64,000 nucleotides of DNA. Origin: Camelus dromedarius. Lineage: Eukaryota. Below, piece after piece: positions 57,308-64,000 of the stretch. The stretch is taken from assembly GCF_036321535.1 (NCBI RefSeq), contig NC_087462.1:434001-498000 (forward strand), read 5' to 3'. The notes beneath the pieces were generated by a model. That model was not told the origin of the DNA. It saw only the letters and a program-made list of their open reading frames with translations, and did not search any database. Position 1 is the first letter of the stretch. Every line of letters starts with the position of its first letter. The translations under genes and the position numbers were made by a program.

Positions 57308-60189
57308 GTGGGCTGTGCGTCAAAATGGGGGCACGAGGTTGCTGCTGGGGTCCTTCTAACTGGCCCAGGACAGCAGGGCATTTGCTGGCTGCGGGCTGGG
57401 CTCTGGGGATCCTGTAGGAGCCACAAGGGAGATTGTATCCTGTGGGTGGGCGGGGCCGGCCATTAGGTGCGCGGATGTGTGGATACGTGAGGACACAAGG
57501 TGGGCGGTGGAGTTTGGGTGTCTGCGCCAGCACCCGATGGGGAAATGGCCTCTCCTCAGGCCGTGTGACTGGCCGGGGCCCCTTGTGGGTCGTGGTGAGG
57601 CCCGCGGCAGCGGCCGGGGCTCAGGGACGCGGGGCCAGAGGCCTTGTCATTGTGTGGAGGCTGGTCTCTCCGGGCTGCGGCTGTGGAGGTTGGGCTGAGA
57701 CAAGGGTGGCCATGTCAGTGCGGACAGCCCCGCGGATGGTGGCTCCCTGGGGCTCTGGAGGGGTGGGGAGGAAGCGGGCGCCCGGGTGCCTTCCCCGCGG
57801 GCGGCCAGGGCAGAGGAAGTGGCCAGGCAGCCGATCCTTTGAAGTTGGGCCGGGCAGATGGAAACCAGATGGCGGCCAGGGCGGCCGGCTGGGCTTGTGT
57901 TCCAGCCTGAGGCCAGCTGGGCCCTGCCCCGACCTCTGAGAGTGGACGGTGGGGACCTGGCCTCCCCGGCCTGGCGCCTGAGCCTCATCTGGGGTGCATG
58001 GGAGCCGGGAGGTGACCGTGTGCAGCCTTGGGTCACCCCCCTCCCCGTGCTGGTGTGCAGAATGGGCAGTGGGACCCTCCGGAGGGCGCAGGAGGCTGGG
58101 CCACCGTGTGGGGCCTCTGCTGTCAGCCTCACTTGGGGAAAGGGCACCGGGACCCCAGCGGAACTCAGGTAAAGTGCAGGACTGGAAAGTGGACGCACGG
58201 CGTGAAGGGGACCGCCCAGAGGCTGACGGGGGCAATAGGAGATATCTAGGCAGGAGGAGATGGTGCCCTGGGGTGGGCATGGCCAGGACAGAGGCCTGGG
58301 GGCAGGAGGTCAGCTTCAAGGAATGGGAAGGAGGGTTAATCTCCTGCCCAGGCATCTCGGGCTAGGTGGGGCCCCAGCTTCCCGCTGGGTCCTGGCACCG
58401 TGGTGGTGCCGGAGGTGGAGTGACACACAGCAGACGTCACCTCCTTAGGGCGTGGCCAGCCGCACCCTTCAGCCTGGGAGGCTCTGCCCCTGTGGGTGGA
58501 CACCAGCCTGAGCTGGTACCCTGGATTAAGGGCTGCCCAGCTCCCTGCCTCAGTTTCCCTCCCCTTCCCAAGGAGCCCCTCGTGGCTGGGCTGTTGTCAT
58601 CTGGCCTGTAGATGAGAAAACACTGGCAAGGCAAGGGGGGGCGGGTTTCCCAGAACTGGGCTTCTTGACGTTCTTCAGGGTCAAAATGACGCAGACCGGA
58701 ACCTTACGGGCGAATTATGTTTATGGATTCACTGGGTTTTTGCCATCTGCCCTGAATCTCTCTCTTGGGCAGCCCCAGGCTGGGGGGCCAGAGCTGGATA
58801 GACACCCGCCACCTCATAGGGTCATGGCCAGACCAGAGCCCTTGTGGGGTTGGAGGTTGACCAGCAGCCCTGGCCCCACCCAGCAGCCCCAGCCACGGGG
58901 CCCAGTGCTGGTGGGAGGCGGATTTCAGATGGCCAGCGGGGCAGAGTCCAGGGGTCAGGTGCCCTGACTTCACAACCCCCTCAGCGTGTCCAGAACAAGG
59001 GGCCTCCGGGAGCCATCGTCCTTCTTGTCTGGGACGTGATGATCACGCCCTGCTGATGCCCAGGGTCGATTTGTGGATGGGGAAATTGAGGCCAGAGGAA
59101 GTCAGGGGACCCGTGTCACACAGTCAGACTCGTGCCTATGGAGTCCCCGCTAGCTGCCCGGCTCCCCTGCTGTGGGGCAGGGACAGTTGGTAAGCAAATG
59201 GATAGGAAGGTCAAGGTGGTCGTGGTGGGGTAGGGGGTCGAGATGTGGCTGGGCACCCAGCTGGGGAGGCGGGTAAGGCCCCTCAGGATATGGCGTTTGG
59301 GCCTAGTCTCGTAGGAGGTGCCAGGCACTACACGGAGGAATGATGGTGTAGCTGGCAGAGGAAATGGCCCGTGCAAAGGCCCTGAGGTAGGACGCAGCTT
59401 GGCTTGTGTGTGGAGGCCAGACGCCGCCAGGCTGGGTCCCAAAGGGAATGGTCCTGGATTCCAAGACGGTGAGGGCTGAGGGAGGTTATGGTCAGGTGAG
59501 GGGCTGCCTTGCGGTGCTGGGATCTTCTTCCTGTCCGTTTGTGACAGGTCCAGCAGCCAGCGCTGCCCTCCAGCCCAGCTGGCCAGGCACCTGTGCAGCC
59601 AGTGTCAACAGTGGCCCGGGCCCAGCCGGCCCAGCAGATGTCGGGGCCATGTTGACTCTGGCGCCTGCCCCACCCCCTTCCTGGCACGTGGCAGCCAGGC
59701 CAGCCAGCCTCCTGCTTGGCACCACCTCTGCCTCTTCCTCCCTGGTCTTGGCAGGGCCTGGGGCTGACTTCCGCCCAAAAAACCCTCGACAGCCGTGAAA
59801 TTACGCCATCGGCGACGGGGTCTGGGGGGCAGCCAGGCTGGGGAGGGGCCAGGAGCTTCAGGCTCATGGCCATGGAATCTTCCCTTGAAAGCTGGGAGCA
59901 GCGCTGCTGTGGGGCCCCAGGGGCGTGTGCGGAGTTGGCCGCTGCTGTCCTGGGTCCGTGTGTCGCGCATGGTGATCAGGATCTCAGTCTGCTGCGGTCA
60001 CATGTGGCATTTGGTGATATCCCGGTGGCTTCGGGTCACTAGCAGGGCTGCGCCTGGGCTCTCGAGAGTACCACCGAGGAATTTTAAGCCGGCAGACGCT
60101 GAATAACAGCTTGTCAGCCACTTTTAAGGGTTTGAATCCTCAGTCTCCACAACGCACGTGAACGCTGGGACTTCCGTTGACAGTTTCAT

Positions 60190-61060
60190 CGACGTAAAAG
60201 TCACAGAGCACGATTCCCCCACTGAAGATGCAAGTCAGTGGTTTTAGTACATTCACAGGGCTGTAGGGCATCACCACGGGCAACCTTAGGATGTTTCCAT
60301 CTCTTCAAAGATAAACCTTCCAAAATGCCCCCTTTAGCTGCTACCCTCGTCCCCTCCCCCAGCCCAGCAGCCAGGAACCCACTGTTCACCCCTGTGGACT
60401 GGCCTGTTCTGGACGTTTCACATCCATGGACTCACACGCTGTGGGGAGTCCATGTGTCTGTCTTCTGTGTCTGCTTCTCTCACTGAGCACCGTGTTCTCA
60501 GGGTATGTCCACGTGGGAACGGGTGTCAGGGCTGCTCTCCTTTTCGTGGCTGAGTAATATTCCGTTCGGGTTTTGTTTTGTTTTGTTTTTTTCTTTTTTG
60601 GTGGGGAAGGGAGGTAATTAGGTTTACTTATTTTTAGAGGAGGTACTGGGGATTGAACCCAGGACCTTGTGCATGCTGAGCACATGCTCCCACTGAGCTG
60701 TACCCTCCCCCATATTCCATTAGATGTGCGTATACCACGTTGTATTTATCCACTCGTCCACCAATGGACACTTGGGTTGTTTCTTCCTTTGGCTGCCATG
60801 AACACGTGTGTACGAGTTTTACACAAATGTGTGTACCCAGGAGGGGGGCTGCTGCGTCACACGGGAACTCTGCATTTAACCCACTGGGAGCTGCGGTCGT
60901 TCACGGCGGCAGCTGCATTTTGTATCCCCAGCAGCCACACAAGGGTTCCAGTTTCTCCACGTCGCCACTGGCACTTGTGGTTATGACTCTGACTCCAGCC
61001 GTCCGGTGGGGGTGGTGCGCTATCTCACTGTGGTTTTGATTTGCATTAAATGTTGGGATA
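60190..61060 (-). mobile_element. Old L1 (L1MB-type) fragment in ARID3A intron
   Basis: gtaaaagtcacagagcac...gtgcaagtcagtggttttagtacattcacag...ctgagtaatattcc...gtttatccactcgtccaccaatggacacttgggttgtttc. Confidence 0.75.
60571..60710 (-). mobile_element. tRNA-Ala-derived SINE nested in old L1
   Basis: gaggtactggggattgaacccaggaccttgtgcatgctgagcacatgctcccactgagctgtaccctcccc. Flanks atattccgtt (60557-60566) and atattccatt (60712-60721) form a 9/10 TSD. Confidence 0.88.
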
Positions 61061-64000
61061 TTCCCCCCCACTCCCCACTTTCCAAGGTCATGTCTGCTCA
61101 GCACAACTTGTAAATGAGCTCAAGAGGTGTAGGGATGACAAACCTAGCTGTTGTTTGTCGCCTAAATGTGCACAGGCAGCGGGTTGAGCTTCTTCTGAGT
61201 CTCACGTACCCTTACTTGGTCCCACGGCGGGGGGGAGGGCACTCCTACTGCCCCCACTGTGCGGATGAGGAAACCAAAGCGCAGAGTGGGCAAGCCACTC
61301 GCTCACAGTCACACAGGGCAGGTGTCAGAGTTGGGATTTGACCCCCGGGTACACTGGGGGCATAGCAGGCTGCACGTCCAGGGGCCCACTGGCTATGGGT
61401 CTGGGGGGACCTGGATGGCGCTCTGAGCCTCAGTTTCCTCATCTGAAATGGAGACATTTGGTCCAGGGACCCACATCAGGGCCTCGGGACCTGGGGCCTA
61501 GACATACACAGGCCTTCAGGCAGGAAGGGCCACCAGTGAGCCCTGAGAGGCTGCCCCACCCTCGCCGTGGACCCCACCCAGGCCCCTCCCCTCCTCCTGG
61601 GGCCCAGTGAATTCCCATGGGAGTCCTTCTGTACCCCAGAGACAGGCTCCAGCAACTTGGACTGAAACCAGGGGCCTCAGATGTGTCCTCAGCACGAGGC
61701 TGGGGTCACATTTTTTTTCTGGTCCTTTCAGCTCACTTAGAATTTTATTGACTACGGAAAACACACTATGTCCTTTTTTTTTTCTTCTTTTTGGCGATTA
61801 CCTCTAAGTCTGGTCTTCGGAGCCTGGAGTATCGCAGCAACATTTCCACCAGGAACATTTTTAAAGTCCTTTTTTGATTCCAGAAGAACACTTGGCACCA
61901 TTCTTGTGGGGGTTCCAGGGAGGCCTGAGGCCCAAAGGCCCCCACCCCGCCCCGGCCGGCATCGGCCGTGGTGTCTCCGGGCCTTTCTCTGCCCGTTTAC
62001 ACAGAAGTGGGGCTGACGGCTGTCCAGGTGTGACCACTCGGGGGCTGCGGGCTCCGAGCTGGACCCTGCTGTCCTGCCACTTTTCCACGTGACTTTCGCC
62101 CTGTGTCCGTCTGTTTTATCTGAGTTCTGAGTTGCCTTTTTAGTGCTGCAGTTTCCTTGTGGGGCCCAAACCAGCACATTGTTCTGTTTTCCTGTTCCCC
62201 TGTTGTAAACTTGAGCACCACAGTGAACATCTCCGGGCTCATGAGGGCTGCTTGGGGTTGTGTGGTGTGGGGGTTGGGAGCTGGCCTTGCCAGGGCTTGG
62301 GGAGGAGGTGGCAGGTGTTTTCTTCATCCTGCGTGGGAGCCCCCGGAGGCTGGGGAGCCAGGAGTGGACCCAGGCACTCCAGCCCTGTCAGGGCTGGCTT
62401 AGGGGAAAGGCTGCCCTGAGGAGTGGAATTTGGAGCTGGGGCTTTGCAGGATATCTGAGAGTTGGCCAGATGGACAGAGAGGGGTTAGGGTCCGTGCCTT
62501 GGAACAGTGTGGCTGGGACGTAAAGTGGGAGGGGGAGGGGTGAACAGAACATCTGGGCAAACCAAAGGTGGGCTCATGGGGGGCCTTAGCAGGGCTTTTA
62601 GAGTGGGCGAGGGAGAGAGATGCTGGGGGAGCCCTTCCAGGGCCCATGCTCCAGGCAGGAGCGGAAGAGGCCAGTGCTGCAGCTGGGCCTGCCGGGCCGG
62701 GGGGAAGGTGAGAGCTTCTCGGCGGAGGAGCATGTTCAGGGCAGAAGGCACACCCTGGGCACAGGCTGGAGGTCAGGTGAGCCCAGCACCGTTATCCGGT
62801 GTGTTGGGGACAGGGTGGGCCTGGGGCCAGGCCCTGGGTCCCTCGGGTGCCGGGTGTCATCCTGGGGCGGCGGGATCCCTGGGCCCCGAGCTTGGGGGCG
62901 GGACGAGTGCTGGGAAGCCCCTCGGGAGGCCGGCCCAGCCGCCTGGGGCAGCGCCCGCCTCATCAAAGCAGCTGCGGCTGCTGGCATGGAGCCAGCTGGG
63001 CCATGGCGGGCGCGGGGAAGGTGCCCGCCTGCCAGCCCCTGGCACCGTGCCCCTGCCCGTGCCAGCCCAGGGAGCCACACTGACTCAGCCGGAAGAACCT
63101 TATCTGGCCCCGGCGCCGCCGCCCAGCCGCCCGGTCACCGCCATGGGGTCACCACCACTGCGGCCTGGCCCCACGCCCACCGCTGCTCCCCACCCTGGTG
63201 GCCGCTGCCAAGCGCCCGGCCCCTCCCCACGCTTTCTAATAACACACGCAGCTGCCAGAGAGAGGGAGTGGTGCCCAACATTCTCTGCCAGGCGGGGATG
63301 GGTGCGGGTGAGCACGTGGGGTCCAGCCTGCTGACCAGGGCGTCCGGGCACATGTGGGGACCTGGTGGTTACGTGGGGTCCCTTTGGGCTGGGGGGGCCC
63401 TGTCTCGGGGGGGGGGCTCTGTGTGTGGCAGGGTCTGAGTTTGCAGGGCAGGGGGTCTGGGGGTCGCGACTGTCCCGTGTGTGCACATGTACATTCCATG
63501 GCCACGTGGCCCATCTGCGGCATCTTTATGGGCAGCTGTCAGCTCCAGCGCCATGTGTGTCCCTGTGTCTGGAGTGTTGGGTCTGTCCGCGTGCACACCC
63601 TGTGCCGTGGCCCCAATCTGCATGGACGTGTCCTGGGCTCGTGTACCCCAGATGTGTTGGCCCAGCGCCAGGCATGTCCCATGTGCCTGTATGTGACAGG
63701 TGGTGGGCCACCGTCTCCCATGGCTGTTTAGTTTGCGTGCAGCTGTGTGCGTGGTGGGGTCTGTGAGCACACGTGTATGAGCGCACGTGTATGGCCGGGC
63801 TCCCAGTGCTCCGCCGTGTGAGCCTTGCGTGCGCACCGCTGGCCCCACTGACCCCGTGTCCCAGGAAGTGTGAGGTGGCAGTGGGGCCCATTAGCCATCA
63901 GCCACGTTCCCCCCCAAGTCAGTGGTTTGAGTCGGCCAGCCCAGGCACAAGTCAGCCGCCTGCACCTGCCCGTGTAGGCTCCAAGCTGCCTTGCTGACGT

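Noticed and set aside
57308-64000. ARID3A DNA-binding-domain exons or another gene in the last 6.7 kb
   Set aside because: No LYELDGDPKRKEFLDDLF-like peptide or other credible exon was found. The sequence is intronic, with L1, SINE, MIR and L2 relics and GT-rich simple repeats.

Overview
GC-rich mammalian genomic DNA syntenic with the human 19p13.3 block (PRTN3)-ELANE-CFD-MED16-U6-R3HDM4-KISS1R-ARID3A. A camelid is inferred from the tRNA-Ala-derived vic-1-like SINEs and from my not seeing Alu, Bov-tA or PRE-1 elements. I rebuilt five complete, frame-intact spliced genes from GT-AG boundaries: ELANE 267 aa (+), CFD 259 aa (+), MED16 829 aa (-), R3HDM4 272 aa (-) and KISS1R 399 aa (+). The first two coding exons of ARID3A (+) are also present. 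Repeats include six tRNA-derived SINEs, L1 fragments, MLT1 LTRs, two MER53 MITEs and MIR/L2 relics. The locus is well known, and no CRISPR or prokaryotic-type system is present. The best hidden signal is a complete, correctly spaced RNA polymerase III type-3 promoter (SPH/octamer-PSE-TATA) pointing into a 136-nt N-run, which very probably conceals a U6 snRNA gene head-to-head with MED16. Other notable items are a perfect 25-bp inverted repeat bracketing the catalytic last exon of CFD, a MER53 hairpin with a miR-1302-like arm, and an antisense L1 abutting the MED16 stop codon. Comparisons with human or consensus sequences are from memory and need to be checked by alignment.
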